From a virus (Duplodnaviria > Caudoviricetes): 64,000 nt of DNA. A program made the position numbers and the translations under genes. The notes beneath the pieces are model-generated. The model saw only the letters and a program-made list of their open reading frames with translations, made no database searches and was not told the DNA's origin. The stretch's first letter is position 1, and every line of letters starts with the position of its first letter. This document shows, one piece after another, positions 37,530 through 47,089 of this stretch. The DNA lies in the IMG/VR virus record IMGVR_UViG_2861773553_000003, positions 1-64,000 of that record; one strand, given 5' to 3'.

Positions 37530-37638
37530 GAGCGCACCCTTCTGGCCTTCTGGAACGGTTGACGTGCCCCCGAAAGTCCTCACTGTGGCATTAGTGAAAA
37601 TTGCACGTCCAACCGTAACCGCCCATGTTGACAGATCG

Positions 37639-38169
37639 TTATGGTCCCGCTGGGTTTTCCCCGGGGTCCGTCGCCACGGGCGGCCGCTTATGCGCCAGGC
37701 GGATCTGGGTGAGCTGGGCGTCGACGGCCGCCCCGGTGAATTGCAACAGGGCCTGGAACATTTGCTCGTGCTCGCGGGCACTGCCGGGCAACCCCCGGAT
37801 CTCCTGCTCGGCACGCCAGAGTTTTTCGACGATGTCCTGATGGGTGATGGTGCGGGCCTGCTCGGCGAGCCGTTTCTGGGCCCAGGCCTCGATGGCTTCG
37901 GCGAGCTTGCGGGCGGCCTGGGGGCGGCCGGCGCGGTCGAGCTGCTCGGGCACGGCGCGCACGACCTGGGCCATGGCGACCAATTGCTTGTCAGTCGCGC
38001 GGGCCGCGCCCTTTTCGATGTTGGACCAGGTGGTGTTGCTGAAGGGCTGGTCGGTGTATTTGGCCAGTTCGCGGGCGGCGGCACGGACCGACAGTTCCAA
38101 GCTGGTGCGGCGGTCGGCGATGAGGACCGCTTCAGGGGGCGGGGAAGAGGCTGAGAGGCTGGACGCCAC
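37639..38169 (-). CDS. Xre-family HTH repressor (cI-like)
   Basis: IADRRTSLELSVRAAA..FSNTTWSNIEKG; divergent from the excisionase-like gene. Confidence 0.65.
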   Translation of the reverse strand: MASSLSASSPPPEAVLIADRRTSLELSVRAAARELAKYTDQPFSNTTWSNIEKGAARATDKQLVAMAQVVRAVPEQLDRAGRPQAARKLAEAIEAWAQKRLAEQARTITHQDIVEKLWRAEQEIRGLPGSAREHEQMFQALLQFTGAAVDAQLTQIRLAHKRPPVATDPGENPAGP

Positions 38170-38270
38170 AGTCTTCTCCTTCGTCGTGCGCTTTTCCGCC
38201 GAGGCGGGAAATTCGGGGTGGCTCTTGCTGCCACGGTAGCAGCCAGGTACGCGCTGGCTAGCGGAACTAT

Positions 38271-38359
38271 GCGAAGATTTGCCACGCTTCGCACCGTAGC
38301 GCGAAATTTTGCAAAGGTTTGCGTGAAAATGTTGACTTTCGCAAAATTGAGCGTAGCGT
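38271..38359. promoter_or_regulatory. AT-rich switch region with repeated operator-like boxes
   Basis: GCGAAGATTTGC (38271), GCGAAATTTTGC (38301), GCAAAGGTTTGC (38311), GCAAAATTGAGC (38341); TTGACT-N16-TAGCGT. Confidence 0.55.
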
Positions 38360-38366
38360 GGAGGTT

Positions 38367-38678
38367 ATGACGGACCTCGCGGAGCTTGAGCACCTCAGCG
38401 TCCGGCAAGCGGGCGAACTGCTGCGCACCGCCGCCGATACGGTCTTGGCCAAGCTGGCCGCCGGCGACTATCGCACCTGGGAGCCGCTGCCGTGGATGAG
38501 CGTGACTCAGGTCGCCGAGATGTTCGACTGCAGTGACTCCACGGTCATGAGCCTGATCCACCGGAAGGAGCTTCCGGCCGTGCGCGTGGGCCGTCGCTGC
38601 TACCGCATCCTACGTCCGCACGCCGTGGCCCACCTTGCCTCCCGCCTGACCGTGGAACCCGGCCTCACCCCGCACTGA
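38367..38678 (+). CDS. Excisionase/Cro-like HTH_17 protein
   Basis: MSVTQVAEMFDCSDSTVMSLIHRKELPAVRVGRRCYRI. Confidence 0.8.
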   Translation: MTDLAELEHLSVRQAGELLRTAADTVLAKLAAGDYRTWEPLPWMSVTQVAEMFDCSDSTVMSLIHRKELPAVRVGRRCYRILRPHAVAHLASRLTVEPGLTPH

Positions 38679-38722
38679 TCCCCCGTGCCACCCCTGGCCC
38701 CACCCCCTGCGGAGACACCGCC

Positions 38723-39070
38723 GTGACTCGCCTGGACTTCACCACGCGCACCCTGCGCACCCCCCGCGGCACCTGGACCATCGTCCAGCAGGCCCCGACC
38801 CCCGACGGGTCGGTGGAGGTCCTGCTGCGCCGCACCCCCGCCGATGGCGGAGAGCCGATCTACACCGCCTACCGCGCCACCCCCAGCGGCTGGCGCCAGC
38901 TGCGAGGCAGCTGGTATCGCCTGGAGGTGGCGTCGGAGGCCGCTCCGCACGCCGCGCCCGACAACCACGTCTGCCACCCGCCGCTGGTCGCCCTGCTCAA
39001 CCTCGCCCGGCCGGTGCCGACCACCCGCCCCGCCCGTCGCCGCCGCCGCGCGTCGGCGGCCCTGATCTGA
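38723..39070 (+). CDS. Hypothetical protein
   Basis: GGAG SD; GC3-biased frame. Confidence 0.55.
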   Translation: MTRLDFTTRTLRTPRGTWTIVQQAPTPDGSVEVLLRRTPADGGEPIYTAYRATPSGWRQLRGSWYRLEVASEAAPHAAPDNHVCHPPLVALLNLARPVPTTRPARRRRRASAALI

Positions 39071-39236
39071 CGGCGGGGGAGCCGATGACCACCTGCCCCA
39101 CGCGGGGCCCCGCCTCCTGTGATGATCGAAATAGCCGCACGCAAAACCGCGTGCGGCACAATGGGGCGACCATGAGAACGCCGCGACGACCCTCCCCGCC
39201 CATGGTCGTCGCGGCCGCGCGGGCGCGGGGGAGCCG

Positions 39237-40307
39237 ATGAGCACGGACGACACGCACGGTCCGGCGGGAGCGACCCCGGACCCGGCCGAGCTCGTCCAGG
39301 ACCCGGCCCCCCGCGTCCCGCCCTATCACCCGTGCCCGAGCTGCGGGGAGCGGGTCAAGGTCAACGCCGACGGGCGGCTGTCCAAGCACCCCCGCCGCGT
39401 GCCGCTGCCCTGCCCCGGCTCCTACGTCCCGGTCGGGCCGGCCCGCATCCCCAAGCGGGGCGGCGACGGCTGGTACCGCGACCCGGTCACCGGGCAGCGG
39501 CTGCGCTCGGTCACCACCACCCTCAACCAGGGGTCGGCCAAGGAAGCGCTGACGTTCTGGGCCGCCAAGATCGTGGCCGAGCTGGCGCTCGACCAGGTCC
39601 CAGACCTGGTCCGGGCCGCCCGCAACCCGGCCGAACGCACCGAGATGATCGACTGGCTGCGCGCCGAGCCGATCCGCCGCCGCGACGACCGCGGCGACGT
39701 CGGCAAGGCCGTGCACCGCGTCATCGAGGCGCGCATCCTGGGCGAGACCGTCCCCCCGTCCCTGCTGGCCGACGGCAGCCTGCGTCCCTACCTGCGGCAC
39801 TTCTTCGCCTTCGTGGCCGACTGGCAGGTCGAGTTCGAGGCCAGCGAGATGGTGGTGGCCCACTACGCCCACCAGTACGCCGGAACGCTGGACTACCTGT
39901 TCTACTCCGCCCCCTTGGCCGCCCGCCTGGGCGTGCCGACCGGCACGCTCTTCGCCGGGGACACCAAGACCGGCGGCGAGCTGGACCAGATCACCTACGG
40001 CGGGCACCGCCGCGGCGTCTACCCCGAGGCCGGCCTGCAGATGGCCGCCTACCGGGCCGCCCCCTACGGGTGGCTGCGCAGCGGGGAGCGCATCGCGATG
40101 CCGCCCCGCCACGAGGTCGGCGTCGTGCTGCACCTGCGACCCGGCGGCTACCGGCTGATCCCGGTGCGGTGCGGCGACGCCGAGTACGCGGTCTTCCGGC
40201 ACATCCAGGCCGTGGCCGCCTGGTCCACCGGGGCGGCCAAGACCGTCATCGGGCAGCCCCTGGCGCCGCCCGACCCACCCACCACACCCATCCGGCAGGC
40301 AGCATGA
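39237..40307 (+). CDS. PD-(D/E)XK exonuclease (phage RecB/Cas4-like)
   Basis: SVTTTL, GKAVH, YAGTLD, GDTKTG, LQMAAY; N-terminal CPSC Zn ribbon. Confidence 0.8.
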   Translation: MSTDDTHGPAGATPDPAELVQDPAPRVPPYHPCPSCGERVKVNADGRLSKHPRRVPLPCPGSYVPVGPARIPKRGGDGWYRDPVTGQRLRSVTTTLNQGSAKEALTFWAAKIVAELALDQVPDLVRAARNPAERTEMIDWLRAEPIRRRDDRGDVGKAVHRVIEARILGETVPPSLLADGSLRPYLRHFFAFVADWQVEFEASEMVVAHYAHQYAGTLDYLFYSAPLAARLGVPTGTLFAGDTKTGGELDQITYGGHRRGVYPEAGLQMAAYRAAPYGWLRSGERIAMPPRHEVGVVLHLRPGGYRLIPVRCGDAEYAVFRHIQAVAAWSTGAAKTVIGQPLAPPDPPTTPIRQAA

Positions 40308-41869
40308 CCTCTATCCCGCGCGGTCCCCGGATCAAGGACCTGCAGCACACCACCCGCACCCTGGGCAAGATCCGCGCCGGGGTGTACGAGGGCCGCCCCA
40401 AGTCCTCCGAGACGTTCGTCATCACCAGCGAGTTCGAGCACCTGGTGGCGGCCGCCGCCGAGATGTACGGCGGGCTGGCCGAACCCTATGACCCGCAAGG
40501 CCCCGGCCCCACCCAATGGCGGGTGGTGACCGACGAGGTCGCCCTCGACGCGCTGCTGCCCCCCGGCCCGAAGGACCCGGTCAGCCAGCACTACGAGTTC
40601 TGGACCCGGGGCGGCCTGCAGCGCCGCTGCGACGGTCAGGTGCTCGACCGCACCGGCAAACGCTGCTTCTGCAAGGCCCAGTGGGGGCCGTACTTCCTGG
40701 ACGCCGACACCGGCAACCAGGCGTGCCAGATGATCACCCGCGTCAACGTCGCACTGCCCGACGTCCCCGACGTGGGCCTGTTCTTGTTCGAGACGCACTC
40801 GCGCAACGCCGCGCGCGAGCTCCCGGCGATCGTGGACCTGTTGCGGGCTGCCTACGGGATCGACGTCGCGGTGCCGATCCAGTTGCTGCTCACCCAGCGC
40901 AGCAAGATGATCGGCGGCAGGGTCAAGCACTACCAGGTGCCCGTCCTCAAGCCGCGCCACCAGCTCAGCTTCGGCGCCGTGGCCGCAGCGCAGATCCCCG
41001 CCGGCCCGCCCGGCACGCCCGCTCTGGAGGCCGGTGGCGAACGCCCGGCCCTGGCCGCCGCGCCCGGACCGGACTACGCCGAGCTCATCCGCCGCGCGGC
41101 CGATCGGGAGCAGGCCGCGCGCATCTGGTCCGAGGCGTACGCCGAGCTACGCCACCGCCCCGACGCCACCGCGGTGCTCAGCCACATCAAAGAGCAGGCC
41201 GATGTGCGGCTGGAGGAACTGGAGGACGTCGGCCCGCTGTGGGAGCACATCGTCGCCCGGTTCGACGGCACCGCCGCCGAGCTGAACGAGGCCGTCGAGC
41301 AGGCCTGCGGGCACCCCTGCGAGCACGCCACCCTGGCCGAGTTGCGGGCTTTCGCCGCCACGCTGCCGCCCGCCCCGGCCGCGCAGGAGTCGGCGAACGC
41401 CAGCGAGGGGCAGGTCCGCCGCATCCACGCCCAGCTGCGCGCCCTGGGCATCACCACCCGCGCCGCCCGGCTGGCCTACTTCCAGAACGTCATCGGCCAC
41501 CAGGTGGACTCCACCATGGCGCTGACAGGCGAGCAGGCCAGCCGAGTGCTGGACCGGCTGGAGGCCGCCCTGCGGGACCGCGAGGCCGACAAGGCCCGCG
41601 AGGGCATCGACACCGGCTCCGGCATCGCCCCGCCCTCGGCATCGGCACCCGAGCCCGAGCCGACCGCCTCGGCCGAGCCGGCCGAGGCCGACAGGCTCGA
41701 AGCCAACATCCGCACCGAGGCCGCGGCCCGCGGCCTGGACGCCGACGCGCTGGAGGCGGCGTTCCTCGCCGTCACCGGCGACCGGCTCGACCGAGCCGAC
41801 GAGCCCACCCTTGACACCTTCCTGGCCCGGCTCACGGCCGGCCACATCGCCCCCGAGGACCCCGCATGA
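40304..41869 (+). CDS. Gp3-like / recombination-directionality-factor-like phage recombination protein
   Basis: GKIRAG..TFVITS, W...GLQRRCDG, C...TRVNVALP..GLFLFETHSRNAARELP; follows the exonuclease. Confidence 0.7.
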   Translation: MTSIPRGPRIKDLQHTTRTLGKIRAGVYEGRPKSSETFVITSEFEHLVAAAAEMYGGLAEPYDPQGPGPTQWRVVTDEVALDALLPPGPKDPVSQHYEFWTRGGLQRRCDGQVLDRTGKRCFCKAQWGPYFLDADTGNQACQMITRVNVALPDVPDVGLFLFETHSRNAARELPAIVDLLRAAYGIDVAVPIQLLLTQRSKMIGGRVKHYQVPVLKPRHQLSFGAVAAAQIPAGPPGTPALEAGGERPALAAAPGPDYAELIRRAADREQAARIWSEAYAELRHRPDATAVLSHIKEQADVRLEELEDVGPLWEHIVARFDGTAAELNEAVEQACGHPCEHATLAELRAFAATLPPAPAAQESANASEGQVRRIHAQLRALGITTRAARLAYFQNVIGHQVDSTMALTGEQASRVLDRLEAALRDREADKAREGIDTGSGIAPPSASAPEPEPTASAEPAEADRLEANIRTEAAARGLDADALEAAFLAVTGDRLDRADEPTLDTFLARLTAGHIAPEDPA

Positions 41870-42147
41870 CCGACCCGACCCCGCCCCCCTGGACTCCCGC
41901 CACCAGGAACTACCGCACGGCGCGCGAGCGCCTGCGCACCTCCTGCAGCTACGACTACCGGTCTGCGGACCGGGCCGGTCTCGAAGCCCAGCGGGCGCTG
42001 GCCGCAGCCACCCTCGCGGTGGCCGACGCGCTCGTCCTGCTGGCCACCACGCTCGCCCGATCGTCCTCCACCCCGCTGGACGACCCCGCCGCCCGGGACT
42101 GGCGGCGGGTCACCGGGCTGGAATCCGACCCCTCCAAGGAGAACTGA
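41866..42147 (+). CDS. Hypothetical protein
   Basis: ATGA overlap. Confidence 0.6.
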   Translation: MTDPTPPPWTPATRNYRTARERLRTSCSYDYRSADRAGLEAQRALAAATLAVADALVLLATTLARSSSTPLDDPAARDWRRVTGLESDPSKEN

Positions 42148-42626
42148 TGCCCCGCACCCCCCAGCGCGACAGCGAACCCGCCCCGGCGCCCGACCACCCC
42201 CCGCTGCCCGACCACGCCCGCAAGACCCTGCTGGACACCCTCTACGGCCAGCACACCGAGTACGGCAGCCAGGCGCGGACCCACGAGTACACCGGGCTGC
42301 AAGCGCGCGCCGAGATCGACCGGCTGCAGCGGCTGCTCGCCAACGCCACGCACATGGCCGAGGAGGCCGAACGGCTGGCCCGGCTCGCCCGGGAGAAGGA
42401 GGCGGCCTTCGCCGCCGACCTGGAGCGCAACGGCCAGCCCCGCCCGGACCCGGCCCCCACCCCGTCCCTGGAGGACCCCAAGCCGGGATGGCCGCTGAGC
42501 AAAGCGCAGCCGATCGAGCGCGCGGCCGAGAAGGCCGTCCACGAAGTCACCTGGTTCGGCTCACCGCCCTCGCCGCCGCCGGCCCCCGCACCCACCCGGC
42601 CCCTGCCGCAGGTGCCCGCCACCTGA
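42147..42626 (+). CDS. Hypothetical coiled-coil protein
   Basis: AAGGAG SD; TGATG overlap. Confidence 0.6.
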   Translation: MPRTPQRDSEPAPAPDHPPLPDHARKTLLDTLYGQHTEYGSQARTHEYTGLQARAEIDRLQRLLANATHMAEEAERLARLAREKEAAFAADLERNGQPRPDPAPTPSLEDPKPGWPLSKAQPIERAAEKAVHEVTWFGSPPSPPPAPAPTRPLPQVPAT

Positions 42627-42686
42627 ACACACCGCCTGCGCCCGGGGCCGCCCGCTCCGGGCGCGGGCCTGAGCAAAGGACTCCCC

Positions 42687-42989
42687 ATGGACCCCGACGT
42701 ACGGCGCCGCTTGCGCCTGGCGGTCACCGCCTGGACCGACGCGGGCGGGCCGATCGACGACCTCGAAGACCGACTGTCGGCCGAAGGCCTCACGCTGGCG
42801 GCCGCGCCCCAGCACCACGACGCGGTGGACGCCTGGCTGCACGCCCACCGCGACGCGCACCCGGTCCTGTCCTCGGGCTGGCGCGCGGTCCAGGACCTGA
42901 TCGAGGACTACCACCGCCGCAGCCGGGCCGGCATCGCCCTGCTCGACCCCATGCCGGGCCCAGCGCCGGGCGGGGGAGCGCGGACATGA
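42687..42989 (+). CDS. Hypothetical protein
   Basis: AAAGGA SD; DAVDAWL motif. Confidence 0.6.
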   Translation: MDPDVRRRLRLAVTAWTDAGGPIDDLEDRLSAEGLTLAAAPQHHDAVDAWLHAHRDAHPVLSSGWRAVQDLIEDYHRRSRAGIALLDPMPGPAPGGGART

Positions 42990-43531
42990 GCCCGCGGGTG
43001 CTCGCCCTCGACCTGGCGGCCGAGTGCAGCGGGGTCGCCTACCCCGGCGGCACGATGATCCTGCGCGCGCCCGCCCCGGCCGGCCGCACCCGGACCCTGG
43101 CCGACAATCTGCGTCGGCTCGACCATATCGACACCCAGGTCGCCGCGCTGATCCGCCTCTACCGACCCCAGGTGGCGCTCGTGGAGGACTACGCGCGCCG
43201 GGTGCGCAGCGGCGCCGCCCACACCCTGGCCGAGATCGGCGGCGCGGTACGGCTGGCGCTGTGGCGAGCGGCGGTGCCGTTCGCCGTGGTGAACATCGAC
43301 CACCTCAAGAAGTACGCCACCGGGGACACCGGCGCGGACAAGACCGCCCTGGCGCTGGCCGCCTTCAAGCGGGCCGGGGTGGAGTTCGCCAGCCACGACG
43401 AGTGCGACGCCTGGTGGCTCTACTGCATGGGGGCCGACGTGCTCGGTCAGCCCGTGGTCCGCGTCCCGGCCGCACAGCGCGCGGTCCTGTCCCGGCTGAC
43501 GTGGTCGGCACCGATCGGAGCGCCACCGTGA
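42986..43531 (+). CDS. RuvC-like Holliday junction resolvase
   Basis: VLALDL..SGVA, ALVED, LKKYATG..GADK, HDECDA. Confidence 0.8.
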   Translation: MSPRVLALDLAAECSGVAYPGGTMILRAPAPAGRTRTLADNLRRLDHIDTQVAALIRLYRPQVALVEDYARRVRSGAAHTLAEIGGAVRLALWRAAVPFAVVNIDHLKKYATGDTGADKTALALAAFKRAGVEFASHDECDAWWLYCMGADVLGQPVVRVPAAQRAVLSRLTWSAPIGAPP

Positions 43532-43890
43532 GCCTGCAGGAGCGCTACCTCGATCGCTGCCGCCGCTGTGGCGCCGACATCGTCTGGGCCCGGCTGGGCC
43601 GGCACGAGGTGCCCGTGGAGCCCACCGACGACCTCCAGGCCGACCTGGCCTACAGCTGGGAGCAGGGGCCGCTGCGGCGCGCCCTGCTGCTCGTGATCGG
43701 GATCAGCCCGATCGCGGCCCGCCCGCTGGGCCCCGGCACCTTCCCCCCTGCCCCCTGGGAGCACCTCGGGCGCGACCACCGCAGCGCCTGCCTCCCCCGA
43801 CCGCGCCGCCGCCACCGTGGCGCGACCCGTAGTGGCGATGTCGTGCCGCTCGATGAGGCACGGCGCCGCAGACAAGGAGACATCACGTGA
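43528..43890 (+). CDS. Hypothetical phage Zn-binding protein
   Basis: CRRCGADIVW...H...C. Confidence 0.6.
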   Translation: MSLQERYLDRCRRCGADIVWARLGRHEVPVEPTDDLQADLAYSWEQGPLRRALLLVIGISPIAARPLGPGTFPPAPWEHLGRDHRSACLPRPRRRHRGATRSGDVVPLDEARRRRQGDIT

Positions 43891-43975
43891 TCCCCCCTGC
43901 CCCGTCCCCAGGCGCCCGGCCCCTCGACGCCCGCCGGCCTGCACCCCGGACCGCGCGAGCCGTCGGGAGGAGGTC

Positions 43976-45304
43976 ATGACCCGGCGCGGCGACAACGAGA
44001 AGGCCATCAAGGAGGCCGCCGCCCAGGCCGGCCTCACGGTCATCAACGCCGGTGGGGGATGGCACATCGTGCACCCGGTGACCGGTCACGTCATCGCGCA
44101 GTGCAGCAACAACGCCACCAGCCGCCACGTGAGGAACACCGTGGCGCGCATCAAACGCGCCGCCAAGCAGTACCAGCCCGCAGCGGATGCGACCGGCGAC
44201 ACCCCGCAGCCGGACTCGCCCCCGGACCGCAGGCGGCAGGAGGGCGGGCGCCAGGACCGCCTGCAGAGCGAGCAGTGGCCGCTCGCCGCCCTGCTGAACT
44301 ACGCCCACAGCCTGGGCGTGCGCCTGAGTCTCAGTCACGACAAGGACGACGTGCGCATCACCGCACCCCGTGGCGGTGACGCCCTGGCCGTCGCCGAAGT
44401 CCTGCGCCGCCGCAGCGACGAGGTCCGCGCCCACCTGGCCGCGCTGTCCGCCCCGGCAGCGCCCGCAGCCCCGCCGACTCCTCATCCCCCAGACGAAGGA
44501 GCATCCCCCGTGGCACCCCCGTCCCTACCCGCGCCGAGCACCGTCACCGGCGCCCGTCAACTGTGGCACGTCCTGCGCGAGGAGGCTCGCAGGCAAGGCG
44601 ACCTTCTGGCCAGCACCCCCGAGGTGTCCGGGGTGCGATGGGAGGGTGCGCTCAAGCACCTGGCCCATCAGCGGTTCCCCGACTGGCCTCCCCACCGCTA
44701 CAACACCGTGCGCACCTACCTGGTAGACACCCGGCATCTGGCGCTGGCCAGCCAGTACCACCATCCCCACCCCCTGTGGGTGGTCGCCAAGGAGTGGCAC
44801 GACACGCCGGTCACCCTCACGCACACCAGCAACGGGCACGGCCGGCCCACGCCGGCCGACATCGCCCGTCTGAAGGAGTCGCAGCCCAAGCCCGCCGCCC
44901 CGGCGCAGGCCGCGCCCGCGCCTGCGAGGCCCGCGGCCACCGCGCCCGCGGCCCCCGTCCCCGTGCGCTCGACGTCGCTCACCTCCCGCCCGCCCGCGCC
45001 CGAGCGGGTGCTCGAACCCACCTCGGTCGCGCTGCCCGCAGACCCGCTGGAGGTGATCGATCTGATCAACGCCCAGATCCGAGCCGCCAAGGCCGAGGCC
45101 GCCGAGGCCCGCGAATGGGCCCGCGAATGCGAGGCGCGCGCCGCCCAGGCCGAAGACGCCCTGGCCGAGCTGCGCCGCGACCACCAGAACGACCTGCAGG
45201 CGCTGCGCGCCGAGCGCGACGAGGCCCGCGCCGAGCTGGCGCGCTACCAGCAGAGCCTGTCGGGCCTGGCCGCCCTCATCCAGCCCGCCGACCCTCAGGA
45301 CTGA
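43976..45304 (+). CDS. Multidomain hypothetical protein with C-terminal coiled coil
   Basis: GGAGG SD; Pro/Ala linkers. Confidence 0.6.
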   Translation: MTRRGDNEKAIKEAAAQAGLTVINAGGGWHIVHPVTGHVIAQCSNNATSRHVRNTVARIKRAAKQYQPAADATGDTPQPDSPPDRRRQEGGRQDRLQSEQWPLAALLNYAHSLGVRLSLSHDKDDVRITAPRGGDALAVAEVLRRRSDEVRAHLAALSAPAAPAAPPTPHPPDEGASPVAPPSLPAPSTVTGARQLWHVLREEARRQGDLLASTPEVSGVRWEGALKHLAHQRFPDWPPHRYNTVRTYLVDTRHLALASQYHHPHPLWVVAKEWHDTPVTLTHTSNGHGRPTPADIARLKESQPKPAAPAQAAPAPARPAATAPAAPVPVRSTSLTSRPPAPERVLEPTSVALPADPLEVIDLINAQIRAAKAEAAEAREWARECEARAAQAEDALAELRRDHQNDLQALRAERDEARAELARYQQSLSGLAALIQPADPQD

Positions 45305-45329
45305 GACGGACCGAGAAGGAACCAGACGC

Positions 45330-45719
45330 ATGCGCGACCGCTTCCGCCTGCTCTACACCGGAGCCCGCGACCTCGACCGCCCCGGGGACCGGGACACCAT
45401 CTGGGCCGACCTGGACGGCATCTACGCCCGGCGCGGCCCGCTGCTGCTCGTGCACGGCAGCTGCTCCCGGGGCGGCGACGCCCACGCCGAGGCCTGGAGG
45501 GCCCACGCCGCCGAGCGCGGCCTGGACGTGGCCATCGAACGCCACCCCGCCCCCTGGTCCGCCCTCGGCCGCGCCGCCGGCCCCTACCGTGACGGCTACA
45601 TGCTCGGGCGCGGGGCCGACGGCGTCCTGGCCCACGTCACCGCCGCCTCCCAGGGCGCGCGCAACACCGCCGCCTACGCCCAGCACCTGGGCATCCCCCT
45701 GATACGCCGCCAGCGCTGA
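45330..45719 (+). CDS. DUF2493 / SLOG-superfamily protein
   Basis: TGARD, LVHGSCSRGGD, W...GRAAGPYRD..M, GARNT. Confidence 0.75.
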   Translation: MRDRFRLLYTGARDLDRPGDRDTIWADLDGIYARRGPLLLVHGSCSRGGDAHAEAWRAHAAERGLDVAIERHPAPWSALGRAAGPYRDGYMLGRGADGVLAHVTAASQGARNTAAYAQHLGIPLIRRQR

Positions 45720-45863
45720 GCGGCACGCCGTACGCCGCACGCTGGCCGGCCGGGGAGCCAGGCGTCGCCGTACGGCAGCAAGCGCCACGCACGACCGGGC
45801 CTCGCGTGCCCGCCCCCTCACCGGCACGACCTGCAGCACCCCACGCACCACGGAAAGAGGGAC

Positions 45864-46271
45864 ATGAGCGCGCGGCTCGTCGGCGACGTGGCCATCTGGC
45901 TGGACACCCCGGCCGCACTTGGCCTCACCCCGGCCGAGCGGCTGGTCTTGATGATCATCGCCGAGCGGGCCAACGAACAGTCCCGCCGCATGTGGCGGTA
46001 CCGCTCGGACGAGAGCACGCTGCACGACCTGCTCGCCCGCCGCGTCGGCGTCAGCAGCGGGCAGCTGACCCGCATCCTGGGCCGCCTGTCCCGCCGCGGG
46101 CTGGAGGTGCGGGTGCCGCTGAAGTACGACCGGCGCGGCCGGCCCGTCTACGGCCGGCGCGGGCACGCCTGCGACTTCCAGCTGCCTGAACTGCCCACCA
46201 CCGTCACCCTGCCGCCCCGCGCGAACCCCTGTGGACAACCGGGTCCGGACGTCCCCGGCGGGAGTCGATAA
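45864..46271 (+). CDS. Phage replication-initiator-like HTH protein (apparently frameshifted)
   Basis: LTPAERLVLMIIAERAN..LARRVGVS..LTRILGRL; a plausible continuation lies in another frame from 46231. Confidence 0.55.
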   Translation: MSARLVGDVAIWLDTPAALGLTPAERLVLMIIAERANEQSRRMWRYRSDESTLHDLLARRVGVSSGQLTRILGRLSRRGLEVRVPLKYDRRGRPVYGRRGHACDFQLPELPTTVTLPPRANPCGQPGPDVPGGSR

Positions 46272-46483
46272 GGGTGGCCTCCAGGCCAGGCTTTCGACCG
46301 CAAAGACCGGCCTGGAGGCCAGGCATTACGCCACAGAGACCGGCCTGGAGGCCACCCCCATCCCTATAGGGACCTTCCCTATCAACCCCTATCCCTACGG
46401 CTGTGGTCGGCCCTCTGCCACCTTGAGGTGGAAGGGAGGCCGGCCGCGCCGTCCGCCTGTGGAAACCCGAGGAACAAAGATCG

Positions 46484-46738
46484 ATGGACGACACGCACTC
46501 CGACGACCCCCAGGGGCACTGGGAACGGCTGCTGCGCACCCTGTACACCCGGCTGCGCGCCCACCTGCCCCCCGAAACGGCCTGGACGATCGCCTACCAC
46601 TTCCGCCAGGACCTGTCCGATCGCGGCTGGACGCCGCCCCGCTCCCCGCTGCCCACCTGGAAAGAGCTGCAGCTCAACCGGCGCGGGCCCCTGCCCATCC
46701 CGCCGCGCCCGCCGGACGAGGACGACCCGCAGCAGTAG
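46484..46738 (+). CDS. Hypothetical protein
   Basis: GAGG upstream; GC3-biased frame. Confidence 0.55.
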   Translation: MDDTHSDDPQGHWERLLRTLYTRLRAHLPPETAWTIAYHFRQDLSDRGWTPPRSPLPTWKELQLNRRGPLPIPPRPPDEDDPQQ

Positions 46739-47089
46739 GCGGCCCGCACGCACGGCCGCGTGCGCCGACGCACAAGATCGGCGACTGCAAAGTGATCATT
46801 GTCCGCACCCCGCCCCGAGGGCGGGCAGGCCCCGGCTGTGCCGGGGGCCTGCCCGCTGGCGGTCTGCCTGATGGCCCACCGCCAGCTACACCGGGTAGTC
46901 GGCAGCGCCGACTACCCGGTGTGATCATGCGCCGCATCCGGCGCATGATCTTCCCGCCCTGGGGCCGGATGCGGACCGGGAAGCGATCTCCGATCTCTGT
47001 GTTTCCGCAGCTCAGAAGCGCTCTCATGGTAACCGTGCTGTATCCAAACGGACCGTTGTGCATTTGGAACGGTGTGCTGGAATGGAGGT

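Noticed and set aside
39237-40307. Exonuclease as Cas4 partner of the mini-array
   Set aside because: Its context (next to an RDF-like gene and RuvC) is a standard phage recombination module 34 kb away; no cas1/cas2
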